Positions 1 through 8,749 of a DNA stretch of 64,000 nt are shown here, one piece after another (position 1 is the stretch's first letter; each line of letters starts with the position of its first letter). The notes under the pieces were generated by a model, which searched no databases, was not told the origin of the DNA, and saw only the letters and a program-made list of their open reading frames with translations. The stretch is from Clostridia bacterium. GTDB lineage: Bacteria > Bacillota > Clostridia > Oscillospirales > QAMX01. The stretch spans positions 6,024 to 70,023 of the forward strand of contig JAFXIT010000056.1 of the NCBI GenBank assembly GCA_017532825.1. The letters run 5' to 3'. Both the position numbers and the translations under genes were made by a program.

Positions 1-1
1 C

Positions 2-1573
2 GGAGCAACAAGCATAGGTGATGTGGCGTTCCGTGACTGCACCGGGCTGACAAACGTAACCATACCGGACGGCGTGGCGAGTATTGGCATGGACGCGTTC
101 TGCCGCTGCAGTAGCTTGACAGAGATAATTATGCCAAGTAGCGTAACAAGAATAGGCAATGGTGCATTTATGGACTGTACCGGATTGACAAGCGCAACGG
201 TATCGGGGAACATAGGTAATGGTGCATTTATGAACTGTACCGCTATGACGAGTATAACGATGCATGATAGTGTAACGAGCATTGGTTTTAATGCATTCTC
301 CGATTGCAGTAGCCTTACAGAAATAGTTATGCCAAGTAGCGTTACCAATATCGACTATCAGGCATTCTTCGGTTGTATTGGTTTGAAGAGTGCAACGATA
401 TCGTGCAACGTAGGTGCTGAAGCGTTTGGGGGTTGCACCGGGTTGACAAACGTAACGATACTTGACGGAGTAACAAGCATAGGCAATATGGCGTTCTGGG
501 GCTGCAGCAGCTTGGCGAGTATAACCATCCCTGATAGCGTGACTAGCATAGGTGGTAACGCATTCTCCGGTTGTAGCAGTTTGAGAGAGATAACTATACC
601 GTGCAACGTGGGTGCTGAAGGGTTTGCCGGTTTGACCGGCTTGACAAGTGTAACCATCTTGGACGGAGTAACCAGTATAGGTTGGGGTGCGTTTGCTGGA
701 TGCAGCAACCTTACAGAGATAATTATACCAAGCAGTGTTAAAAGCATCGGCGACGGCGCATTTCGCCGCTGCAGCAGTCTTACAGAGATAACCATACCGA
801 GCAGCGTTACGAGTATGGGCAGCGGTATGCTTGCTGAATGTGCCTCTTTGACAAAAGTAACAATACAGGGACGTATAACAAGTATAGGCAAGGATGCGTT
901 CAATGATTGCATTGACCTGACAGATATAACCATCCCGGACAGTGTAACCGATATAGGTTGGGGTGCGTTTGCTGGATGCACCGGACTGACAAGCATAAAT
1001 ATTCCGGGCAGCGTTACGAGTATAGGCAAGGAAGCGTTCTCCGGTTGCAGTAGCCTAACGAGTATAACAATACCGAGCAGTGTAACAAGCATAGGCGGTG
1101 GTACATTCTTCGGTTGTAGCGGCTTGACAAGCATAACAATACCTAACAGCGTGACAAGTATAGGTGATTATGCGTTTAACGGTTGCAACGGACTGACAAG
1201 TGTAACCATACCGGATAGTGTAACAAGCATCGGCAGGGGGGCGTTTAGAAATTGCTCCGGTCTAAATAGCATAACTATTCCCAGCGGTGCAACGAGTATG
1301 GAGGGTCAGGTGTTCGAAGGCTGCAGCGGGCTGACAAGTATAACCATACCTGACAGTGCGGCGAGCATAGGTGAATATGCGTTCTCCGGTTGCAGCGGAC
1401 TGACGAGTGTAACCATACCCGACAGCGTAACAAGCATAGGTGAGGGTGCGTTTGTAAACTGCGGCAGTCTGGAAACGGTTTACTACAACGGCACCGAGGA
1501 GGATTGGGCGAAAGTCTCTGTAGGAGGTTACAACACCGATCTGACCGACAATCTCATTTTCGTGACTCCGTAA
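2..1573 (+). CDS. BspA-type leucine-rich-repeat surface protein, 5' end outside window
   Basis: The frame is open from position 2. It carries more than 20 tandem ~23-aa repeats of the form SVTSIGxxAFxGCxxLTSITIP (BspA/LRR_5-like). It ends ...IFVTP* at 1573. Confidence 0.7.
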   Translation, partial: GATSIGDVAFRDCTGLTNVTIPDGVASIGMDAFCRCSSLTEIIMPSSVTRIGNGAFMDCTGLTSATVSGNIGNGAFMNCTAMTSITMHDSVTSIGFNAFSDCSSLTEIVMPSSVTNIDYQAFFGCIGLKSATISCNVGAEAFGGCTGLTNVTILDGVTSIGNMAFWGCSSLASITIPDSVTSIGGNAFSGCSSLREITIPCNVGAEGFAGLTGLTSVTILDGVTSIGWGAFAGCSNLTEIIIPSSVKSIGDGAFRRCSSLTEITIPSSVTSMGSGMLAECASLTKVTIQGRITSIGKDAFNDCIDLTDITIPDSVTDIGWGAFAGCTGLTSINIPGSVTSIGKEAFSGCSSLTSITIPSSVTSIGGGTFFGCSGLTSITIPNSVTSIGDYAFNGCNGLTSVTIPDSVTSIGRGAFRNCSGLNSITIPSGATSMEGQVFEGCSGLTSITIPDSAASIGEYAFSGCSGLTSVTIPDSVTSIGEGAFVNCGSLETVYYNGTEEDWAKVSVGGYNTDLTDNLIFVTP

Positions 1574-1587
1574 CTTCATACAAAAAG

Positions 1588-1612
1588 ACCGCAGGGCTGC
1601 TGCGGTCTTTTA
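1588..1612 (+). terminator. Rho-independent terminator after LRR gene 1
   Basis: Hairpin accgcag-ggctg-ctgcggt followed by the T-rich tract cttttaattt. Confidence 0.7.
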
Positions 1613-1617
1613 ATTTG

Positions 1618-1648
1618 TTGACTTTGCGGGGGGGGATAGTGGTATAAT
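1618..1648 (+). promoter_or_regulatory. sigma-A-type promoter
   Basis: -35 TTGACT (1618-1623), 19-nt spacer, extended -10 TGgTATAAT (1640-1648). It lies upstream of the lipoprotein gene at 1698. Confidence 0.6.
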
Positions 1649-1697
1649 TATAAAAAAGATGCAAAAGACCTGCCTTCGGTGAAAAGGAGAAACGGAT

Positions 1698-2846
1698 ATG
1701 AAGGATAAAATCGGAATAAAAATATTAGCAGCTGTTTTTCTAATAGCTTGTTCATTGGTGTTGACCGCCTGCGGCGGTAATACCCCCGCACCGTCCGAGG
1801 ACGGTACAACTGCACCGCAGACTACTGTGCAGTCCGAGGACGGAACGTCCTCGAGCAGTTCCGTGACAACGGAACCTGCAACCACTGCACCGCAGACTAC
1901 CGCAGATCCCTGCGCAAATGGACATAGCTATAACTCGGTAGTTACCCCTCCGACCGACGAGGCACAAGGGTATACCACCCATACCTGCTCGGTCTGCGGC
2001 GACAGTTACGTTGATTCCTACGTTCCCGCTACCGCATCGCTCGGGCTTTCATACACGGTAAATGAGGATGGAAAGAGCTGTACGGTTATAGGAATGGGCA
2101 GCTGTACCGATACCGAGCTCATTATCGGCCAACGGATAGACGGATATACTGTAACGGGAATAGGTAGCCATGCATTTTACAGAAAAAGCTTGACGGGTTT
2201 AACCGTGTCGGGAAGTGTGGAAAGTATTGGCAATGGGGCGTTTGAAGATTGCAAAGAGCTCAAAAGCGTCAGACTGTGTCAAGGGGTAAAGAGTATAGAC
2301 AGTCGTGCTTTTCTCCGATGCACCGCATTGACAGGTGTAGAGCTTTCTGACGGTTTAACGACTATTGAAAAACTTGCCTTTGACAGATGTACCGCCTTGA
2401 CCGAGATCACTATCCCGGGCAGCGTGGTAAGTATAGGCGATTGGGCTTTTTCCGATTGTACCGCCTTGACAAGCGTAACCATTACAGAGGGTGTCAAGAG
2501 AATTGGAGAGGGTGCATTTACCGGGTGTGATGCGCTGACGAATATTACCGTCCCCGGAAGCATTACAAGCGTATACGTAGGTGTGTTTTCAAACTGCGAT
2601 TCCATTACAAGTGTGACCTTGGAGGACGGAGTGAAAACTATTTCAGCTCGGGCGTTCTACGGCTGTCGTGCTCTGACGGAGATAACGATTCCGAGCAGCG
2701 TTACTGCCATAGGCTCACGTGCGTTTTTTAACTGTGATTCGTTTGGGACGGTATATTATTACGGAAGCCTCGAGGCCTTTACGAGAATAAACGTCGGAGA
2801 ATATAACCCTGACCTTCTATCAAAGGTCGTATGCGTGACACCGTAA
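1698..2846 (+). CDS. lipoprotein with BspA-type leucine-rich repeats
   Basis: N-terminal signal peptide with a lipobox (LVLTAC), a Ser/Thr/Pro-rich linker, then LRR_5-like repeats. It ends ...VCVTP*, like gene 1. Confidence 0.7.
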   Translation: MKDKIGIKILAAVFLIACSLVLTACGGNTPAPSEDGTTAPQTTVQSEDGTSSSSSVTTEPATTAPQTTADPCANGHSYNSVVTPPTDEAQGYTTHTCSVCGDSYVDSYVPATASLGLSYTVNEDGKSCTVIGMGSCTDTELIIGQRIDGYTVTGIGSHAFYRKSLTGLTVSGSVESIGNGAFEDCKELKSVRLCQGVKSIDSRAFLRCTALTGVELSDGLTTIEKLAFDRCTALTEITIPGSVVSIGDWAFSDCTALTSVTITEGVKRIGEGAFTGCDALTNITVPGSITSVYVGVFSNCDSITSVTLEDGVKTISARAFYGCRALTEITIPSSVTAIGSRAFFNCDSFGTVYYYGSLEAFTRINVGEYNPDLLSKVVCVTP

Positions 2847-2861
2847 CTTCATACCGAAAGG

Positions 2862-2886
2862 ACCGCAGGGCTGCTGCGGTCTTTTA
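2862..2886 (+). terminator. Rho-independent terminator (second copy of the cassette)
   Basis: Same hairpin (gaccgcagggctgctgcggtc) plus a T-tract, nearly identical to 1588-1612. Confidence 0.7.
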
Positions 2887-2891
2887 AATTG

Positions 2892-2919
2892 TTGACTTTG
2901 CGGGGGATAGTGGTATAAT
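2892..2919 (+). promoter_or_regulatory. sigma-A-type promoter (second copy)
   Basis: -35 TTGACT (2892-2897), 16-nt spacer, TGgTATAAT (2911-2919). It lies upstream of pepF. Confidence 0.6.
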
Positions 2920-2941
2920 TAAAATGACAGGGGGAGATAAA

Positions 2942-4633
2942 ATGAAATTTTCACAGATGAAGTACGAACGCTTTGACCTTGAAAAGGCAAGGGCGGAAAT
3001 TGAAGCAATATGCAAAAAGTTCGCCTCGGCGGATGCCGAGGGTCAGCTTGAGCTCTACAAGAGCTTTTCCAAGATCTCGGAGGACTTCGAGACCATGCAG
3101 GCGCTTGCCTACATCCGCCACACAATAGACACCCGTGTTGAGTTCTACGATGGCGAAAACGATTATTATGACGAAAATACACCCGTTTTTATAAAGCTTG
3201 CATTTGATTTTTACCGTCTTATGGTAAACTCCGAACACCGTGCCGAGCTTGAAAAGAAGCTCGGAGCGCAGTGGTTTGCAAACACCGAGCTCCGTCTTAA
3301 GGGGTTTGACGACAAGCTCATCGAGCCTATGCAGAGGGAAAATGCACTCTCAAGCGAATACAGAAAGCTTCTTGCCTCTGCAAAGATAGACTTTGACGGC
3401 AAGACACTCAACCTCTCCCAGCTTGGAGCGTATATGCTCTCGCCCGATAGGGAGGTAAGACGTGCCGCCTACAAAAAACGCTCGGAGTTTTTTGCATCCA
3501 ACGCCGAGACCCTCGACAGTCTCTACCACAAGCTCGTCGCTGTCCGTGACGAAATGGGCAAGACCCTCGGCTTTGAAAACTATCTGCCCCTGGGCTACAT
3601 AAATATGAGCCGCAACTGCTACGGACCCGAGGAGCTTGCGGTGCTTCGCAACAACGTAAAGAAGCACATCGTTCCCATCTGCACCGAGATAAACCGTATG
3701 CGTGCCAAGGCTCTGGGGCTGGACAAGCTTTACTACTACGACGGCGGTATGTTCTTCCCCGAGGGCAATCCCGCACCCAAGGGCACACCCGAGGAAATGT
3801 TTGAAAACGGCAGACGTATGTATAACGAGCTCTCGGCCGAGACGGGCGAGTTTATCGGCTTTATGCTTGAAAACGAGCTCTTTGACGTGCTCTCCAAGCC
3901 CGGCAAGGCCGGCGGCGGCTACTGCGCCATGATACCGGGCTATGAAAGCCCCTTCGTCTTTGCAAACTTCAACGGCACCAGCGGCGACGTCGACGTGCTG
4001 ACCCACGAATGCGGTCACGCACTCAACGACTATCTCGGACGTGAGATAGAGATACCCGAGCTTCGTGCCTCGACCTACGACGTGGCCGAGATACACTCCA
4101 TGTCGATGGAGTTCTTCACCGAGAAGTGGATGGAACTGTTCTTTGGCGATGAGTCCGACCGCTATATCTTCCTGCACTTTGCAGAGGCGCTCCTTTTCCT
4201 GCCCTACGGCTGTATGGTCGACGAGTTCCAGCACGAGGTATACACCCATCCCGAGATGTCACCCGAGGACAGAAAGGCGCTTTGGGTGCGGCTTGAGTCG
4301 GAATACCGTCCCGATATGGACTATGCCGACGACGAGTATATGGCAAAGGGCGGTGTCTGGCAGCGTCAGGCGCACATCTATGAGAGCCCCCTTTACTATA
4401 TCGACTACTGCATTGCCCAGGCCTGCGCATTGCAGTACCGTCTGCTGATGGAGGACGATTTCGAGGGTGCATGGAAGGACTATATCGAGCTTTCCAAGAA
4501 GGGCGGACGTATTCCGCTGACGGCACTTCTTGCGGAGTCGAAGCTTGCTTCGCCCTTTGGCGATGAGTTCTTTGAAACGCTCGCCCTCGGAGCGGGGAAG
4601 ATACTTGTCCGACTGAAAGAAAGGTGCGAATAA
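2942..4633 (+). CDS. pepF: oligoendopeptidase F (M3B metallopeptidase)
   Basis: HECGHA zinc-binding motif and M3-family length. I start it at ATG 2942 (MKFSQ) after RBS GGGGGAG; the track start at 2924 lies inside the promoter/RBS. Confidence 0.8.
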   Translation: MKFSQMKYERFDLEKARAEIEAICKKFASADAEGQLELYKSFSKISEDFETMQALAYIRHTIDTRVEFYDGENDYYDENTPVFIKLAFDFYRLMVNSEHRAELEKKLGAQWFANTELRLKGFDDKLIEPMQRENALSSEYRKLLASAKIDFDGKTLNLSQLGAYMLSPDREVRRAAYKKRSEFFASNAETLDSLYHKLVAVRDEMGKTLGFENYLPLGYINMSRNCYGPEELAVLRNNVKKHIVPICTEINRMRAKALGLDKLYYYDGGMFFPEGNPAPKGTPEEMFENGRRMYNELSAETGEFIGFMLENELFDVLSKPGKAGGGYCAMIPGYESPFVFANFNGTSGDVDVLTHECGHALNDYLGREIEIPELRASTYDVAEIHSMSMEFFTEKWMELFFGDESDRYIFLHFAEALLFLPYGCMVDEFQHEVYTHPEMSPEDRKALWVRLESEYRPDMDYADDEYMAKGGVWQRQAHIYESPLYYIDYCIAQACALQYRLLMEDDFEGAWKDYIELSKKGGRIPLTALLAESKLASPFGDEFFETLALGAGKILVRLKERCE

Positions 4634-4636
4634 AAT

Positions 4637-5245
4637 ATGAACGCTGAATTTAGGATAAACGGAGTGCGCCTTGAGACCGACAGACTGGTACTCAGAGCCT
4701 TTGAAATGTCCGACCTTGACGACTTTTATGAATACGCCTCGGTCGAGGGTGTAGGCGAGATGGCAGGGTGGAGGCACCACGAAAGCAGGCAAAAAAGCCT
4801 TGAGATACTCGAGCTCTTTATTTCCGAGGATAAGACCTTTGCCATCTGTCTCAAGGAAAACGGCAAGGTCATCGGCTCTCTGGGCGTCGAAAGGTACGGC
4901 ATGGAAGAGGCTCTTACCGAGTTTGACGGATACAAGGGCAGAGAGATCGGATACGTGCTCGGCAAGGACTACTGGGGCAGGGGTATAATGCCCGAAGCGG
5001 TCAAGGCGGTGATAGGGTATCTCTTTGAGGTCTGTGACCTTGATTTCCTGACCTGCGGATATTACGATTTCAACTCACGCTCCAAAAGGGTACAGGAAAA
5101 GTGCGGCGTTAAGCCCTACCGAAGGCTCAAAATGGAGACAAGGCTCGGAACGGAGGAGCCGGGAGTGTTAAATCTCCTGACCAATTCCAATAAGGATATC
5201 ACCTTCGAATTTTCACATCCCGAGACGCTGATATTCCGAGACTGA
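4637..5245 (+). CDS. GNAT family N-acetyltransferase (RimJ/RimL-like)
   Basis: 202 aa with a GNAT fold pattern (…GYVLGKDYWGRGIMPEA…). Confidence 0.6.
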   Translation: MNAEFRINGVRLETDRLVLRAFEMSDLDDFYEYASVEGVGEMAGWRHHESRQKSLEILELFISEDKTFAICLKENGKVIGSLGVERYGMEEALTEFDGYKGREIGYVLGKDYWGRGIMPEAVKAVIGYLFEVCDLDFLTCGYYDFNSRSKRVQEKCGVKPYRRLKMETRLGTEEPGVLNLLTNSNKDITFEFSHPETLIFRD

Positions 5246-5320
5246 CGCTTTACACAAACAAAAGCACCCGATAATCGGGTGCTTTTCCCTGTTTGACGGA
5301 ATTAAAAGTTGCTTTAGGCT

Positions 5321-5349
5321 ATTGACTTTAGTCTGTTAGCGTGGTATAA
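5321..5349 (+). promoter_or_regulatory. sigma-A promoter for the aro leader
   Basis: TTGACT (5322-5327), 17-nt spacer, TGgTATAAT (5343-5350). Confidence 0.55.
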
Positions 5350-5383
5350 TATATGACAATAAATCACAAGGGAGGCAGCTTTA

Positions 5384-5446
5384 ATGATAAACGGTAAGAT
5401 ATACTTTTACTTTTATTACTTTAAAAGGGCTGCCCGTCTTATGTGA
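5384..5446 (+). CDS. putative attenuator leader peptide MINGKIYFYFYYFKRAARLM
   Basis: Strong RBS AGGGAGG 8 nt upstream of the ATG. The 20-codon ORF has seven consecutive Tyr/Phe codons (YFYFYYF). It sits directly upstream of the aromatic amino-acid biosynthesis operon. Confidence 0.5.
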   Translation: MINGKIYFYFYYFKRAARLM

Positions 5447-5482
5447 TCTCCAGGCTGAATAGCCTTGGGTCTAAATAAAACG

Positions 5483-5537
5483 GACAGTCCGCATTTGTTA
5501 TGCTTTTGAGCATACCTAAAGGCGGGCTTTTTATTTT
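5483..5537 (+). terminator. putative attenuator terminator
   Basis: GC stem (gtccgc…gcgggc) enclosing a sub-hairpin atgcttttgagcat, followed by TTTTTATTTT (5528-5537). The 3' arm aaggcgggc can alternatively pair with leader-ORF segment gcccgtctt (5431-5439). Confidence 0.4.
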
Positions 5538-5573
5538 GAGACGAAATAGACGTCGTAAACGAGGTGCAAAACA

Positions 5574-6602
5574 ATGCCAATGGTATTTCACAGAAAACTC
5601 CCCATTCCGCAGGAGGTCAAGAAGGAATTCCCCTTGAGCGAGCGTATGGAGAGGGTCAAGGCCGAACGTGATGAGGAGATAAAGGCAGTATTTGAAGGCA
5701 GATCGGATAAATTTATACTGGTCATAGGCCCCTGCTCGGCAGATCACAAGGAGCCGGTGCTTGAATACGTTTCCCGTCTGCGCAGGATAAGCGAGCTTGT
5801 TTCCGATAAAATTATCATTATCCCCCGCATATATACCAACAAGCCCCGTACCACGGGCAAGGGCTATAAGGGGATGCTTCACCAGCCCGACCCCGAGGCA
5901 AAGCCCGATATGTACAAGGGCATCGTTGCAATACGTGAGCTCCATCTGGAGGCCCTTCGGGATTACGACTTTACCTGCGCCGACGAGATGCTCTATCCCG
6001 AAAACTACCGCTACCTCTCCGATCTGCTTTCCTACGTTGCAATAGGCGCACGCTCGGTGGAAAATCAGCAGCATAGGCTTACCGCCAGCGGAATAGAGGT
6101 ACCCGTAGGCATGAAAAACCCCACCGGCGGCGACCTCGGCGTTATGATGAACTCCATAGTAGCGGCGCAGTCGGGGCATACCTTCCTCTACCGAGGCTGG
6201 GAGGTCACAAGCGACGGTAACCCCTGCGCCCACGCCATTTTGCGCGGGTACGTCGACTATGCGGGCAGAAATACATCTAACTACCACTATGAGGATCTCA
6301 TAAGGGTAAAGGAGCTCTACGAAAAGTCTAACCTCAAGAATGCATCGGTAATAGTCGATACAAACCACAACAATTCGGGCAAGCAGTACCTTGAGCAGGT
6401 GCGCATTGCCAAGGACATCGTCCACAGCCGCAACCAGAACGACGACATCAAGCGCCTTGTAAAGGGACTGATGATCGAAAGCTACCTTGAGGACGGCGCC
6501 CAGGGTGTCGACGAGCACGTTTTCGGTAAGTCGATTACCGACCCCTGCCTTGGCTGGGAAAAGACCGAGCGGCTGATACTCGATATTGCACAGAAGCTGT
6601 AA
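5574..6602 (+). CDS. aroG: 3-deoxy-7-phosphoheptulonate (DAHP) synthase, class I-alpha
   Basis: ILVIGPCSADH…KPRTTGKGYKG motifs typical of AroF/G/H-type DAHP synthases; 342 aa. Confidence 0.8.
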   Translation: MPMVFHRKLPIPQEVKKEFPLSERMERVKAERDEEIKAVFEGRSDKFILVIGPCSADHKEPVLEYVSRLRRISELVSDKIIIIPRIYTNKPRTTGKGYKGMLHQPDPEAKPDMYKGIVAIRELHLEALRDYDFTCADEMLYPENYRYLSDLLSYVAIGARSVENQQHRLTASGIEVPVGMKNPTGGDLGVMMNSIVAAQSGHTFLYRGWEVTSDGNPCAHAILRGYVDYAGRNTSNYHYEDLIRVKELYEKSNLKNASVIVDTNHNNSGKQYLEQVRIAKDIVHSRNQNDDIKRLVKGLMIESYLEDGAQGVDEHVFGKSITDPCLGWEKTERLILDIAQKL

Positions 6603-6626
6603 GTAATTTGGTGGCGGTGAGCAAAG

Positions 6627-7715
6627 ATGGCTAACAAGCTGGAACAGGCAAGAGAGATCATAAATCAGGTGGATGCAGAGATGGCGGAGCTGTTTGTAAA
6701 ACGGATGAGGGCCGCCGAGCTGGTATACGAGCATAAAAAGGAGTTTGGTCTTCCCATCCTTGACAGTAAGCGTGAGGAAGCGGTGGTCGAGAAAAACTCT
6801 GCCCTTGTCGAGGACGAGGTGCTAAAGGGGTATTATATCGAATACCTTAAGCAGGTGATGGCGGTATCCCGTGCCTACCAGTACCGTATGCAGAGCGGTC
6901 TGAGGATCGCTTACAGCGGAGTGGAGGGCGCATTTGCCCACATTGCTGCAGGTAGGATCTTTCCCGAGGGAAACCGTATCTCCTACGGCGATTTCAAGGC
7001 GGCATATAACTCGGTAGCCGACGGTGAATGCGACGTTGCCGTGCTTCCGATCGAAAACAGCTATGCAGGCGAGGTAGGGCAGACGCTCGACCTCATCTTC
7101 TCGGGTACCCTCCACGTCAACGGAATATACGAGCTTGAGATACACCAGAATCTGTTGGGCGTCCCCGGTGCGACCGTTGAGGACATCAGACGTGTGACAA
7201 GCCACCCCCAGGCGCTCAGCCAGTGCCACGATTATATCGAAATGCGGGGCTTTCAGACCGAGGAGGCAAACAATACAGCTCTTGCCGCCAAGACGGTCGC
7301 AGAGGCGGGCGAGCGGTCCTACGGCGCAATTGCAAGCGTTGAGACCGCCGAGCTTTACGGCCTTAAGGTCATAGAGGCAAACATAAACAAAAGCGGTGAG
7401 AATACCACCCGCTTTGCCGTCCTTTCCAGGGTGCCTGCCAATGCTCCCGCACTTTCAAGCACGGTACTGATGCTGACGGTCAAGCACGAGGCCGGCTCGC
7501 TTGCAAACGCCATCGGCATCATCGGAAAATACGGCTACAATATGACGGCCCTTCGCAGCCGTCCCATGAAAAGGCACTCTTGGCAGTACTACTTCTACAT
7601 CGAGATCGACGGTACGGTCGACAGCGAGAACGGAAAAAGCATGCTCAAGGAGCTGGGGAAGGTCTGTGACCGACTCAAGGTCGCGGGGTCGTTTGCTCCC
7701 CACACCGAGATATGA
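6627..7715 (+). CDS. pheA: bifunctional chorismate mutase / prephenate dehydratase
   Basis: N-terminal chorismate-mutase helix region, prephenate dehydratase core (IAYSGVEGAFAH…), and a C-terminal ACT domain. Confidence 0.8.
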   Translation: MANKLEQAREIINQVDAEMAELFVKRMRAAELVYEHKKEFGLPILDSKREEAVVEKNSALVEDEVLKGYYIEYLKQVMAVSRAYQYRMQSGLRIAYSGVEGAFAHIAAGRIFPEGNRISYGDFKAAYNSVADGECDVAVLPIENSYAGEVGQTLDLIFSGTLHVNGIYELEIHQNLLGVPGATVEDIRRVTSHPQALSQCHDYIEMRGFQTEEANNTALAAKTVAEAGERSYGAIASVETAELYGLKVIEANINKSGENTTRFAVLSRVPANAPALSSTVLMLTVKHEAGSLANAIGIIGKYGYNMTALRSRPMKRHSWQYYFYIEIDGTVDSENGKSMLKELGKVCDRLKVAGSFAPHTEI

Positions 7716-7726
7716 GGGTGAAGGCT

Positions 7727-8749
7727 ATGACGATACATATGAACCTCGGCGAGGACAGCTACGATATAATCGTAGAAAGAGGCATCCTTGAAAGGGCGGG
7801 TGAGCATCTGGAGCTTGACAGACGGGTGCTTATCGTCACAGATTCGGGTGTTCCGAGCGACTATGCCGAGATACTTGCAAAGCAGTGCAGGCAGGGAGTT
7901 ATCTGCAGACTTGACCAAGGCGAGGGCTCAAAGAGCCTCGATGGGTTTGCAAGGCTGCTTGAGACCATGCTTGAGCAGGGCTTTTCCCGCAGGGACTGCG
8001 TCGTTGCCGTCGGCGGCGGGGTGGTCGGTGACCTTTCGGGCTTTGCGGCGTCTGCCTATATGAGGGGGATCGACTTTTATAACATCCCCACGACCCTTCT
8101 TTCGCAGATAGACTCCTCCATAGGCGGCAAGACTGCAATAAATTTCTGTGGCGTCAAGAACGTCGTCGGTGCGTTCTACCAGCCCAAAAAGGTACTGGTC
8201 GACCCCGATCTGCTTGCCACACTTCCCAAAAGGCAGATATCAAACGGCCTTGCCGAGGCGGTGAAAATGTCGCTGACGTCCGACAGAGAGCTTTTTGAGC
8301 TCTTTGAAAGCGGGGACGCAGAGAGCAATATAGACACCGTGATCGTTCGCTCGCTGAATGTTAAAAAGAAGGTCGTTGAGCAGGACGAAAGGGAGGCGGG
8401 CCTTCGAAGGGTACTCAACTTCGGCCACACCGTAGGACACGGCATTGAAAGCAGCGAAGGGATGTCAGAGCTTTACCACGGCGAATGCGTGGCACTGGGC
8501 ATGATACCTATGTGCGGCGAAAGGGTAAGGCCGAGGCTGATAAAGGTGCTTAAAAGGTACGGACTTTACCGCAGGCTGCAATACGATTGGGAAAAGATCG
8601 CTCTTGCGGCATTCCACGACAAGAAGGCCGACGGAGACAGCGTAACGGTAGTTACCGTTGACGAGGTCGGAAGCTTTGAGATGAAAAAGATGAACTGCCT
8701 TGACGTTATTGAACTGGCGAAAAACAGTTTGGAAGGTTTGGTAGAATGA
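7727..8749 (+). CDS. aroB: 3-dehydroquinate synthase
   Basis: GGGVVGDLSGFAASAYMRGIDFYNIPTTLLSQIDSSIGGKTAIN. The start is ambiguous (7712 or 7727) and overlaps the pheA stop. Confidence 0.8.
   Translation: MTIHMNLGEDSYDIIVERGILERAGEHLELDRRVLIVTDSGVPSDYAEILAKQCRQGVICRLDQGEGSKSLDGFARLLETMLEQGFSRRDCVVAVGGGVVGDLSGFAASAYMRGIDFYNIPTTLLSQIDSSIGGKTAINFCGVKNVVGAFYQPKKVLVDPDLLATLPKRQISNGLAEAVKMSLTSDRELFELFESGDAESNIDTVIVRSLNVKKKVVEQDEREAGLRRVLNFGHTVGHGIESSEGMSELYHGECVALGMIPMCGERVRPRLIKVLKRYGLYRRLQYDWEKIALAAFHDKKADGDSVTVVTVDEVGSFEMKKMNCLDVIELAKNSLEGLVE

Noticed and set aside
1-2846. Regular ~69-bp DNA periodicity that could be mistaken for a CRISPR or tandem-repeat array.
   Set aside because: The repeats are in-frame coding repeats of the LRR modules, with no spacer-like unique segments and no cas genes.
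2924-2941. N-terminal extensions proposed by the ORF track (pepF at 2924, dac at 58783, gap at 61431, DUF1836 at 51050, G1PDH at 48817, GNAT at 13573).
   Set aside because: The upstream Met codons fall inside promoters or terminators or lack an RBS. Internal starts with good Shine-Dalgarno spacing fit the protein families better.
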